Source: an uncultured Owenweeksia sp.
Lineage (GTDB): Bacteria; Bacteroidota; Bacteroidia; Flavobacteriales; Schleiferiaceae
Reading direction: 5' to 3'
Length of the DNA stretch: 64,000 nucleotides
NCBI GenBank assembly: GCA_964504345.1
Contig: CAZDDX010000006.1
Span: 14,754-78,753 of the forward strand
Part shown: in pieces, positions 17,714 to 25,754 of the stretch
Position numbering within the stretch: position 1 is the stretch's first letter
Layout: the number at the start of each line of letters is the position of its first letter
The notes under the pieces: generated by a model
What the model saw: the letters and a program-made list of their open reading frames with translations, nothing else
What the model was told of the DNA's origin: nothing
Databases searched by the model: none
Program-made: the position numbers and the translations under genes

Positions 17714-18201
17714 TTTTTAGCCGCTTCGGCCTCAATGGCTACGCCGTTGGCCAAGAAACTGTACTCCACGCGTGGCTCGGTAATGCTGTCGATGTGGGCC
17801 TGCGACTTTCCAGCATCCGATGCTTTGTGCTTCAGCCAATCCACGCTCAAGGTGTCCACTTTCACGTAGCCAGAGACCACTGCTTTCTTGCCCGTGGCGT
17901 CCATGGGAACGAAGAATGCGTAGTCTTTGAAGCGAACGGTCATCGTTTGTCCGTTGCCCATGTTCAAATCCATCCAGCAACCCTTTGCTTGGCAAACCCC
18001 GTCGATGGACGCCTCAACGGTGGCCGCAATCGAGTCCGACGTCTTCAACTGTTCCAGCAACGCCTCTGGAGACAAGGCTCCCGCAGTTTCAATGGTGTCC
18101 CCAAAGTAGGCGAACGAACGGTTGTCAGCAGCTTCGCCCGAGGGCTGGCAGGCCGCCAACAGCAAAGCCGTTGCGCCCGCAAAAAGAAGGGAATTTTTCA
18201 T
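17710..18201 (-). CDS. DUF4920 domain-containing lipoprotein
   Basis: MKNSLLFAGATALLLAAC lipobox and the GVCQAKGCWMDL motif. I chose ATG 18201 because a -7 box lies at 18206-18213 inside the longer ORF. Confidence 0.7.
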   Translation of the reverse strand: MKNSLLFAGATALLLAACQPSGEAADNRSFAYFGDTIETAGALSPEALLEQLKTSDSIAATVEASIDGVCQAKGCWMDLNMGNGQTMTVRFKDYAFFVPMDATGKKAVVSGYVKVDTLSVDWLKHKASDAGKSQAHIDSITEPRVEYSFLANGVAIEAEAAKK

Positions 18202-18205
18202 CCAA

Positions 18206-18213
18206 CAAAGATA
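18206..18213 (-). promoter_or_regulatory. -7 box TATCTTTG for the DUF4920/cytochrome/MnmD-NUDIX genes
   Basis: TAnnTTTG match 4 nt from ATG 18201. Confidence 0.5.
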
Positions 18214-18231
18214 CAAAAGTTCCGAATGAAG

Positions 18232-18239
18232 TACCTTTG
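18232..18239 (+). promoter_or_regulatory. -7 box TACCTTTG for ilvE
   Basis: TAnnTTTG match 49 nt upstream of ATG 18289. Confidence 0.45.
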
Positions 18240-18288
18240 CGCTTCTTGGGGAGGCTCAGAACCCCGCATACGCTTAGAACAAGGTACC

Positions 18289-19332
18289 ATGAACATCCAA
18301 CGCGTCGCAGAATCTCGAATCAATACTATTGATTTTCAGAATATTGGCTTTGGTCAACACATCTCTGACCACACCTTTGATGTCGTTTTCAGCAACGGTT
18401 CCTGGGGTGACGGCCGGATCAAACCTTATGGTGCCATGCACCACGGTTTGGGTCTGCACGCCTTGCACTACGGCCAGGCCGTCTTTGAAGGAATGAAGGC
18501 GTACCGCCAAGACGACGGGCACGTGGCCGTGTTTCGTCCGGAAGCCAACTGGGCTCGATTGAATCGTTCCGGATCTCGCCTCCTCATCCCGGAAATTCCC
18601 AAGGAAATCTTCATGGAAGGCCTCTTGGAGTTACTTCGCGTGGACGAAGCTTGGGTGCCCGCCGGGGAGGACATGAGTTTGTACATCCGTCCCTTCTTGT
18701 TCGGCTCGTCGGAATTCATCACGGCCCGACCGTCCGAGGAATACACTTTTGCGATTTTGACCGGCCCCGTAGGGGCTTACTACGCGCAACCGGTTAAGGT
18801 TAAAATTGAGGACCACTACACCCGCGCTGCCTCCGGCGGTGTGGGTTATACCAAAGCCGCGGGCAACTACGGCGGTGCGTTCTACGCCACCGCACAGGCC
18901 CAAAAGGAGGGTTTCAACCAGGTTTTGTGGACGGACCACGTGGAGCACGCCTACTTGGAGGAAGCGGGGACCATGAACGTTGCGTTTATACTGGACGGTG
19001 TTCTGGTGACTCCTGCGCTGACGGACCGCATTTTGGCGGGCATTACCCGCGATTCCATCTTGACGGTTGCCCGTTCGTGGGGCATGCCGGTTGAGGAGCG
19101 CAAAGTTTCCGTGCACGAGTTGCAGGAGCACGCCCAAAAAGGCACCTTGCAAGAGGCTTTTGGCATGGGAACCGCAGCTGTGGTAAGCCCCATCGACGGC
19201 ATTGGGTACCAAGGCAAGATGATTGACGTGCCGGCTCCTCAAGACGGAGTGGCCCAGCGCGTAAAAAAGGCATTGGCAGACATTCGCCACGGTCGTGCGG
19301 AAGACGTGCACGGCTGGATGGTGCGCATTTGA
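18289..19332 (+). CDS. ilvE: branched-chain amino acid aminotransferase
   Basis: The family starts at the internal ATG of the 574-aa track ORF: MNIQRVAESRINTIDFQNIGFG...HYGQAVFEGMKAY...EAGTMNV...GITR. The upstream part of the ORF overlaps two minus-strand genes. Confidence 0.93.
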   Translation: MNIQRVAESRINTIDFQNIGFGQHISDHTFDVVFSNGSWGDGRIKPYGAMHHGLGLHALHYGQAVFEGMKAYRQDDGHVAVFRPEANWARLNRSGSRLLIPEIPKEIFMEGLLELLRVDEAWVPAGEDMSLYIRPFLFGSSEFITARPSEEYTFAILTGPVGAYYAQPVKVKIEDHYTRAASGGVGYTKAAGNYGGAFYATAQAQKEGFNQVLWTDHVEHAYLEEAGTMNVAFILDGVLVTPALTDRILAGITRDSILTVARSWGMPVEERKVSVHELQEHAQKGTLQEAFGMGTAAVVSPIDGIGYQGKMIDVPAPQDGVAQRVKKALADIRHGRAEDVHGWMVRI

Positions 19333-19436
19333 TCCTGCGCGCGGTAAACCTTTCCTGGAATCGACGGACCAACTGCTGCATTGGGCGGGAACTTTTGTGC
19401 TTGCCTTTTGTTTCCATTGGGTAAATAACCCATACC

Positions 19437-20348
19437 ATGTCGATTCATTTGGTCACCGGCGCCACCGGAATGGTGGGGATCGAACTTGTAGCACAGTTGC
19501 GATCAGCAGGCCACGAAGTCCGCACCCTAACAACCCGCATCGGACAATCCCATGACGCCAACATCCAGTACTGGAGCCCGGATACCGGTGTGCTGGATCC
19601 CGCGGTTCTGCGCGGCGTTTCTGTGGTACACCACCTGGCCGGAGCCTCGGTCTCTGAGAAATGGACCGCGGCACACCGTCGGGATATTCTCACTAGCCGC
19701 CAAAAAGGGACGGATTTATTGGTGGACCGACTGCGCTCCCTTTCCGCTGAAGAGCGTCCGCACACCGTTGTTTGCGCTTCAGCGGTGGGTATATACTCAG
19801 ACCAAGCGGCGGACACTCCCCAACTCACGGAAAACGACGGACACGGCACGGGGTTCCTGGCGGAGGTGGTTCGCCACTGGGAGTTGGCAACGGATCAATT
19901 CCGCACATTAGGCATTCGAACGGTTCAACTGCGTATTGGCATTGTGCTGGGCCAAGGCGGGGCGCTGAGCGCCATGCTGCCGCTGTTCCGGGCGGGATTG
20001 GGCTCTCCCTTGGGATCTGGGCACCAGTGGATGCCTTGGATTCACGTAGAGGATTTGGCCGCTGCCTTTGTGCACGCAGCAAATCTGGAAAGCATGGACG
20101 GAGTGTACAACGCCGTAGGGGTTGCGCCCGCCACCAACCGCGATTTCAGTGCCGCACTGGCACGGGTTCTCAACAAACCGTTTTGGGCTCCTGCTCCGCC
20201 TGCGTTTTTGCTGCGGCTGGTATTGGGCGATCGCTCCATCTTGGTGTTGGGAAGCACACCGGCTTCGTCCGAAAAGTTACGCGCAACGGGCTTTGTGCAC
20301 CGCTTTACCGATTTGGATGCGGCATTGGCCTCTGTGGTTAAGCGGTAA
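19437..20348 (+). CDS. TIGR01777-family NAD-dependent epimerase/dehydratase-like protein (DUF1731 C-terminus)
   Basis: MSIHLVTGATGMVG Rossmann N-terminus, 303 aa. Confidence 0.85.
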   Translation: MSIHLVTGATGMVGIELVAQLRSAGHEVRTLTTRIGQSHDANIQYWSPDTGVLDPAVLRGVSVVHHLAGASVSEKWTAAHRRDILTSRQKGTDLLVDRLRSLSAEERPHTVVCASAVGIYSDQAADTPQLTENDGHGTGFLAEVVRHWELATDQFRTLGIRTVQLRIGIVLGQGGALSAMLPLFRAGLGSPLGSGHQWMPWIHVEDLAAAFVHAANLESMDGVYNAVGVAPATNRDFSAALARVLNKPFWAPAPPAFLLRLVLGDRSILVLGSTPASSEKLRATGFVHRFTDLDAALASVVKR

Positions 20349-20404
20349 GACCAAGCATTCCAATACGAGCATCAGCATCCGCAAGGATCCCCGTTACAGT
20401 GCGC

Positions 20405-20448
20405 AAAAAAAATGGGGCTGCCTCGTCATGAGACAGCCCCTTTTTTTT
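20405..20448. terminator. bidirectional intrinsic terminator
   Basis: A8 run, then an 11-bp stem GGGGCTGCCTC/GAGACAGCCCC (1 mismatch) with a 5-nt loop, then a T8 run. It lies between convergent genes. Confidence 0.8.
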
Positions 20449-20506
20449 GGATTTCCAGTTCGCTCATCCCGCACAACACGCGAGAGCCCAGAGAAAGGTT
20501 ATGAGC

Positions 20507-21145
20507 TTACTTGGCGCGGTTGGCCTTCACCTCAAAAGACAAGGTAATTTCGTCGTTGATCAACTGGTCTTTGGCCAAGCCAACAATACCGGTAGAGCCA
20601 AAAGAAACGCCCCACTTCTTGCGGTCAATCTTGAATTCAGGAGCGCTCAAGGTTACGGTAGAATCTGCTACCACTACAGTTGCAGGAAAGGATACGGCAA
20701 CGGCGCTGTCCTTGATGGTCAGGTTGCCAAACAAGGTACCTGCTTCGTACTTGGTTACGTCGAAGGAAGCGGTTGCGTAGGTAGCTGCGTCAAAGAAATC
20801 GGCGCCCTTCAGGTGGCCCACCAACTTGTCTTTGTACTCCTGCTCCATGGCCGCGTCGGTGCACACAATGGAGTTCATGTTGAACACAAACGAACCCGAT
20901 GCCAATTGATCGGCAGTGTCCAAGGTCAACGTACCAGAAACCAAACGCACGGTACCGGCGTGGCCGTAGTCTTTTACAAAAGGCTTGTTGCCTTTCCAAT
21001 TGAGAACGGATGCGGTGGTGTCTACGGTGTAGGTAGCGTCTGCGGCGGCAGCAACATCGCCGGCAGCGTCTGCGCTGTTGTTGGAGCAAGAGGTTCCCAG
21101 GATACCTGCGCTGGCGAGTGCCAAGAGGGCAAATTTGTAGTTCAT
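20507..21145 (-). CDS. YceI family lipoprotein
   Basis: 212 aa with lipobox GTSC and a YceI-like body (LNWKGNKP...GTVRLVSGTLTLD). Confidence 0.8.
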   Translation of the reverse strand: MNYKFALLALASAGILGTSCSNNSADAAGDVAAAADATYTVDTTASVLNWKGNKPFVKDYGHAGTVRLVSGTLTLDTADQLASGSFVFNMNSIVCTDAAMEQEYKDKLVGHLKGADFFDAATYATASFDVTKYEAGTLFGNLTIKDSAVAVSFPATVVVADSTVTLSAPEFKIDRKKWGVSFGSTGIVGLAKDQLINDEITLSFEVKANRAK

Positions 21146-21172
21146 AAAGGTTTGTTTTAGTTGTTACAACAG

Positions 21173-21180
21173 CAAAGGTA
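21173..21180 (-). promoter_or_regulatory. -7 box TACCTTTG for the YceI gene
   Basis: TAnnTTTG match 27 nt from ATG 21145. Confidence 0.45.
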
Positions 21181-21294
21181 CGTCGAATGTTTTATTCAAT
21201 GTTAAAACATCAATAAATGAATTGAAAATATTTTTGATACTAATTTGATATTATTACAATTATATTTTGATATTTGTGACTCTTCTTAAAGTAC
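21181..21294. promoter_or_regulatory. AT-rich island with an inverted repeat and three phased TTTGATA repeats (putative operator/promoter)
   Basis: My count is about 21 G+C in 110 nt (21181-21290), against a GC-rich background. ATGTTTTA (21187-21194) and TAAAACAT (21203-21210) form an inverted repeat. TTTGATA occurs at 21233, 21244 and 21266 (11- and 22-bp spacing). A TATTTTTG -7 match lies at 21229-21236. Confidence 0.5.
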
Positions 21295-21882
21295 ATGCCC
21301 TTCGTCCCTTCCACCTCCCAAGTCCAAACCATTGGTGAAACCTACCGCATGCCCGCATGGATCTTGTGGTTGATGGGGATTTCCTACACCACGGTTACGC
21401 TGTTGGTGCTTGGCTTGGAATACAAAAACGTTTGGGCCTGGCTCCTCGGCGCGCCCAACCAAGACGGCGCCACTGCCTTCTTTGTTTGGTTGGGCATCAC
21501 GGCGCTGGAAGGCTTTCTGGTGCAGTTTCTCTTGCGCGCGCCTTTTACGTGGTCTGTGGGACCGGAGGGCATCCGGCTCCGGTTCGGGATTTGGCGCAAC
21601 CGACGCTTTGCGTGGAGCGATCTCAAACGCGTGGAAGTCGTTTACGTCGAGCCCTGGGATGCCGGCGGATACGGCGTCAAACTTGGTCCACACGGTTGGA
21701 CCTACGCCTTTTTTGAAGGGCCCGGAGTGCGCTTGGATTGGGCAACATCGGATAAAAAGTCCATTTGTTTTGCTTTTCAAGATTCGGAAAAAGGCCGCAA
21801 CGCACTGGATCTGGCTTCCCAATACACGGAAGTGACCAATCCCAAGAATTTGTTGAATGCCTGGACCCCTCCTGCCGCATGA
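21295..21882 (+). CDS. hypothetical membrane protein (2 predicted TM helices plus soluble C-terminal domain)
   Basis: 195-aa ORF with hydrophobic segments WILWLMGISYTTVTLLVLGL and AFFVWLGITALEGFLVQFLL. I recognise no family. Confidence 0.55.
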   Translation: MPFVPSTSQVQTIGETYRMPAWILWLMGISYTTVTLLVLGLEYKNVWAWLLGAPNQDGATAFFVWLGITALEGFLVQFLLRAPFTWSVGPEGIRLRFGIWRNRRFAWSDLKRVEVVYVEPWDAGGYGVKLGPHGWTYAFFEGPGVRLDWATSDKKSICFAFQDSEKGRNALDLASQYTEVTNPKNLLNAWTPPAA

Positions 21883-22148
21883 GTGCGCCCGCCAAGAAAT
21901 CCTTTGTGGTACGGCTGGACCCCTCCACCCTGGAAGCTTATGCTTCCTGGGCCTCCGACGAGTTCCGGAGCGTCAACGGCCAAATGGAGTACGTACTAAC
22001 TCAGGCATTGCGCCAAAGTAGATCCAACGCATCCGCACCGAGCGGCTTGCTTCCCACTAAACCCTCAAAACCCTCCAAAAATGGTCCTGAAAAGAACCCT
22101 TTGGGCGTTTCTGACGCTGCTCTTCCTGACGGCGTTGGCCCTATTTAA
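21879..22148 (+). CDS. putative Arc/MetJ-type ribbon-helix-helix DNA-binding protein with a disordered tail
   Basis: ATG 21879 overlaps the preceding stop (ATGA). KKSFVVRLDPSTLEAYASWASDEFRSVNGQMEYVLTQALRQ resembles Arc-family RHH proteins. Confidence 0.5.
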   Translation: MSAPAKKSFVVRLDPSTLEAYASWASDEFRSVNGQMEYVLTQALRQSRSNASAPSGLLPTKPSKPSKNGPEKNPLGVSDAALPDGVGPI

Positions 22149-23899
22149 TGTGCATTTGTAAAACTGGCGCGAACCAATTCCGCGTACCGGCCGTTTAGGG
22201 CTTGGAGTTCTGCATGCGTACCGCATTCGGCCAGGCCGCCGTCGGCAATTACTGCGATGCGGTCTGCGTGCGAAATGGTGGCCAATCGGTGGGCCACCAC
22301 GATCGAAGTGCGTCCGCGCGTGAGGGCCACGGTGGCGGACTGCACCCAGCGCTCCGTCTCGGAGTCTATGTTGCTGGTAGCCTCGTCCAGCACCAACACC
22401 GGCGGGTTCAATAGAAATGCCCGCAGGAAGGACAGCAATTGGCGCTGACCGGTACTCAAGGTGTTGCCGCGCTCCTGTACTTGAAAGTCCAGCCCACCCG
22501 GTAATTTCTGCAGGAAGTCCGCCAGTCCCATGGAGGTTGCGGCCTTCCAAATAACGTCGTCGAGCAGGGGCTCAAACAACGTAACGTTGTCCCGTACGGT
22601 GCCGGAAAACAGGAAAACATCCTGCATGACCAAGGCCGCCTGGGAACGAAGCGATGCCTTGTCCCAATCTCGCAACGGAATTCCGTCCACCCGAATTTCT
22701 CCTTCCTGCGGCTCGTAGTGACCCAAAAGCAGCCCAATGAGGGTGCTTTTTCCTGCGCCAGTGGGACCTACCACAGCAAGTGTTTCCCCTGGCAAAATGG
22801 TTAAGTTAAAACCACGCAGCACGGGTTCGTCCGGACGGTATCCGAAGGTAATGTTGCGGAACTCTATGCCCCCGCGAAGCGGCGCGGCGTGCGTGCCGTT
22901 GGGCTCCAATTCCTCCTTTTGGTCAATCAGTTTCAGGACCCGGTCCGACGCCACCATGCCCATTTGCAAGGTGTTGAAGCGGTCCGCCAATTGACGCAGT
23001 GGGCGGTAGAGCATGTTGATGAACAAGATCATGGCGGTCAAATCTCCTACGGTAACCCCATCGCCGGCGGCCGCACGGTAACCTCCATACCAAACGGCCA
23101 AGCCAATGCTCACGGCACTCAGCAGTTCGATGATGGGCAAAAAAAGGCTAAACGACCAAATGCTTCGAATGTTGGCGTCTCGGTGTTTGGCGTTGATGGC
23201 CTCAAAACGGGCGGCCTCTGCCTTTTCGCGCCCAAAAAGGTGCACCAGAGCCATTCCCGTGATGCGCTCTTGCACAAACGCGTTCAGGGCAGCTACTTGG
23301 TTCCGGACGTCCGTGAAGCTGGCCTGGATGGATTTTTGGAACCAACGAGTGGCCACAAAAAGGATGGGGATGACGCTCAGTGAAATCAGGACCAAGGTGG
23401 GGTCAAACGTGAGAAACAAGGCCAACAGCAGGACGGCAATTTTGAAAAAATCACCAAAAATCACCAACAATCCCTCCGCAAAAATGTCCGCAATCGTTTC
23501 GGCGTCGGACACGGTACGGGTGACCAAGGTGCCTACGGGAGTGCGGTCGAAATAACTCATTTTGAAGCGGAGTAGGCGGTCAAAAAGTTGCACCCGCAGG
23601 TCGCGAATGACCCACTGACCCAAGCGATTGGTCATGCGGTAAAACGACCACTGCAGAAGTCCTTCCACCAGGAGTAGGCCGAATAAAACCAAGAGAATTC
23701 GGTGCACATCACCGGCGGATTCAGCGGCTACGGCGGTGTCTACGGCGTCGCGAATCAATAGAGGGCGCGCGGTGGACAGAAGTCCCAGAACCACGGTTAA
23801 GGCTCCTGCGAGCGCAAACGTCTTCCAGTAAGGTTTTGCGTACCGCAAAATACCGCGAAGAATTTGGGCGTCGAAGGCCTTACCGCTCACTGGAGCCAT
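22145..23899 (-). CDS. ABC transporter permease/ATP-binding fusion (MsbA-like exporter)
   Basis: 584 aa. A six-helix TMD is followed by Walker A GPTGAGKST, signature LSTGQRQ and Walker B LVLDEATS. Confidence 0.92.
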   Translation of the reverse strand: MAPVSGKAFDAQILRGILRYAKPYWKTFALAGALTVVLGLLSTARPLLIRDAVDTAVAAESAGDVHRILLVLFGLLLVEGLLQWSFYRMTNRLGQWVIRDLRVQLFDRLLRFKMSYFDRTPVGTLVTRTVSDAETIADIFAEGLLVIFGDFFKIAVLLLALFLTFDPTLVLISLSVIPILFVATRWFQKSIQASFTDVRNQVAALNAFVQERITGMALVHLFGREKAEAARFEAINAKHRDANIRSIWSFSLFLPIIELLSAVSIGLAVWYGGYRAAAGDGVTVGDLTAMILFINMLYRPLRQLADRFNTLQMGMVASDRVLKLIDQKEELEPNGTHAAPLRGGIEFRNITFGYRPDEPVLRGFNLTILPGETLAVVGPTGAGKSTLIGLLLGHYEPQEGEIRVDGIPLRDWDKASLRSQAALVMQDVFLFSGTVRDNVTLFEPLLDDVIWKAATSMGLADFLQKLPGGLDFQVQERGNTLSTGQRQLLSFLRAFLLNPPVLVLDEATSNIDSETERWVQSATVALTRGRTSIVVAHRLATISHADRIAVIADGGLAECGTHAELQALNGRYAELVRASFTNAH

Positions 23900-24653
23900 T
23901 GCTGTAACACGTTGTGGGGTATTCCGCCCCGTTAAAAAAAAGTCCGTGAGCCGGGGCGCTGACGCCTGCGTCGCTGCGACTCCCCCCCTGCAGCAAATCC
24001 GAAAATTCCGAACGGGTGGAGCGCCCCAAGGCCAATTCCACTTGCGTGCCTACCAAGGCGCGCACCATGTTGCGCAAAAAACGATTGGCCCGTATACGGA
24101 AGTGCCATTCCTCGTCCTGAAATTCCCAGTAGGCCTCGTGGACCGTGCACAGGGGCGTGGTGTGGTCTGCATCGGCTTTTGCAAAGGCAGAAAAATCGTG
24201 TTCGCCCACGAGTTGTTCCGCAGCCCAGCGGAGGTTGTCTTCGTTTAAGGACCGATCCACCAACCAAGCAACGTCCCGGTTAAACGGGCTTTTGGTGCGC
24301 GCCAATCGGTACCAGTAGGCCCGCCCCGTACAGGAAAACCGCGCGTGGGCATTGGGCTCCACCGGTTGCAGGGCATGCACCATGACGGAGGGCGGAAGCA
24401 TGCGGTTGAGCTTAAACAAGGCTTGCTCCAGGTCTTCTGGCGCATTGGGTACATCCACATGGGCCACATAGTTCCGTCCGTGCACGCCGGCATCGGTGCG
24501 TCCGGCTCCAACCACCCCACCGGAAGCACCCAAAATACGGTAAAAGGCTTCGTTCAAAACCCCCTGTACGGTGTTCTGGCCGGGCTGAACTTGCCAACCG
24601 GCGAAGTCTGCCCCGTGGTAGGAGAGCGTTGCGAAGTACCTTTGAAAACTCAT
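23880..24653 (-). CDS. truA: tRNA pseudouridine(38-40) synthase
   Basis: The internal ATG of the 405-aa track ORF gives MSFQRYFATLSYHGADFAGWQVQPG...GAGRTDAGVHG (catalytic Asp motif). Confidence 0.9.
   Translation of the reverse strand: MSFQRYFATLSYHGADFAGWQVQPGQNTVQGVLNEAFYRILGASGGVVGAGRTDAGVHGRNYVAHVDVPNAPEDLEQALFKLNRMLPPSVMVHALQPVEPNAHARFSCTGRAYWYRLARTKSPFNRDVAWLVDRSLNEDNLRWAAEQLVGEHDFSAFAKADADHTTPLCTVHEAYWEFQDEEWHFRIRANRFLRNMVRALVGTQVELALGRSTRSEFSDLLQGGSRSDAGVSAPAHGLFFNGAEYPTTCYSNGSSER
24637..24644 (+). promoter_or_regulatory. -7 box TACCTTTG for the phosphoesterase gene, inside truA codons
   Basis: TAnnTTTG match 7 nt upstream of ATG 24652. Confidence 0.5.
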
Positions 24654-25230
24654 GGAGCTTACAAAAGTACGACACCTGCGGGTGGCCCTGATCTCGGACA
24701 CGCACGGAACTTGGGACGAACCCTTGAAACGAGCTGTTTCTGAGGCCGACGAGTTGTGGCACGCCGGCGATTTGGGGCCCATTACCGAACATTTGCGGGC
24801 GTGGGAAGCCGAAGTGCCGGGCCGACGTTTGCGGGTGGTGACGGGCAACATTGACGGTGTACCGCTGACGCTGGAGTTTCCAAAAGAATTGGATTTTACT
24901 GCGGAAGGTGTGCGGGTTTGGATGATCCACATTGGCGGATATCCCGGTCGATACGCCCCATCGGTTCGCGCGGGCTGGCCCGCCAAAGTCGCATCCGGCC
25001 CTGTGGATTTATTCGTTTGCGGCCACTCGCATGTGCTTCGCGTACTGCGGGACAGCCAATACGGTGCGCTGTGCCTCAATCCCGGGGCCTGCGGCACCCA
25101 CGGTTTTCACTCCATTCGAACCCTACTTCGGTTCTCCTTATTTGAGGGAAAAGTTGTGGACCTGGAGGCGGTTGAATTGGGTCCGCGCGGCAAACTACCA
25201 CCAGACCACAATCTGCCGGACCCCTACTGA
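24652..25230 (+). CDS. YfcE/MJ0936-family metallophosphoesterase
   Basis: LRVALISDTHG, HAGD, GNID and VCGHSH motifs. Confidence 0.8.
   Translation: MELTKVRHLRVALISDTHGTWDEPLKRAVSEADELWHAGDLGPITEHLRAWEAEVPGRRLRVVTGNIDGVPLTLEFPKELDFTAEGVRVWMIHIGGYPGRYAPSVRAGWPAKVASGPVDLFVCGHSHVLRVLRDSQYGALCLNPGACGTHGFHSIRTLLRFSLFEGKVVDLEAVELGPRGKLPPDHNLPDPY
24662..24669 (-). promoter_or_regulatory. -7 box TACTTTTG for truA, inside phosphoesterase codons
   Basis: TAnnTTTG match 8 nt from truA ATG 24653. Confidence 0.5.
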
Positions 25231-25259
25231 AATCGGTACGTCTTAAAAGAAACCCGGAA

Positions 25260-25628
25260 TTAGCGGATTCGGTCAGAAGACTTGATCAGTTCTTCGTCGC
25301 GTTGGATGGCGCGGTTGGCCAGTGACGCAAAAACCACGGCGCACAAAGGAGCCAGGGTCACCCAAACCGACTGATCCAACACACTGGAGTCACCGGCTTT
25401 TAACACCGGATACAAGTAAACGGCCTCCAGAGCAAAAGCCACCAGCATGGCCAGCCGGTTGACCACAAACTGCCGCTTTCGGTTTTTGTAGTAGGTACAA
25501 TTGGCCAGAAAAAGCCCCACGCCCAAACCGCCCAAAACGGTTTCTAGGACGCTGGGATTCCCCATTCCGACGGAAAAAAGCATCAAGGCCCCCAGGACCA
25601 TGTGCACGGTTTGAATGCGCTGCCACAT
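25260..25628 (-). CDS. DUF4293 family membrane protein
   Basis: MWQRIQTVHMVLGALMLF matches the family N-terminus MIQRIQ. There are four hydrophobic helices. Confidence 0.7.
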   Translation of the reverse strand: MWQRIQTVHMVLGALMLFSVGMGNPSVLETVLGGLGVGLFLANCTYYKNRKRQFVVNRLAMLVAFALEAVYLYPVLKAGDSSVLDQSVWVTLAPLCAVVFASLANRAIQRDEELIKSSDRIR

Positions 25629-25754
25629 GGTGCAAAGCTGCAAAAAAAATCAATCAATCAGCGGTCGTATTGAGATTTGTTGTACTATTGCGGCGCAAAT
25701 CCGCCTTAGTGCGGTGGGCCTGAGGCCCTTGACTTTCTCTCCTTATTCCTATTT

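Noticed and set aside
17608-18288. N-terminal 227 codons of the 574-aa track ORF that contains ilvE.
   Set aside because: This part overlaps two supported minus-strand lipoprotein genes and a promoter region. The aminotransferase family N-terminus begins at ATG 18289.
21146-21294. AT-rich island considered as a replication origin (oriC/DUE).
   Set aside because: There are no DnaA-box-like TTATCCACA sequences in or around it, and no dnaA/dnaN nearby. The repeat layout fits an operator/promoter better.
24654-25097. Upstream extension of the truA ORF. Similar over-extended ORF starts occur at 28583..28804 (rnz), 33955..34167 (plsC), 34596..34982 (NUDIX), 40588..40677, 42423..42806, 49542..49898, 52398..52661 and 58899..59075.
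   Set aside because: In each case the family-conserved N-terminus, an overlapping stop/start junction or a -7 box identifies a downstream start. The extensions overlap neighbouring genes or a terminator.
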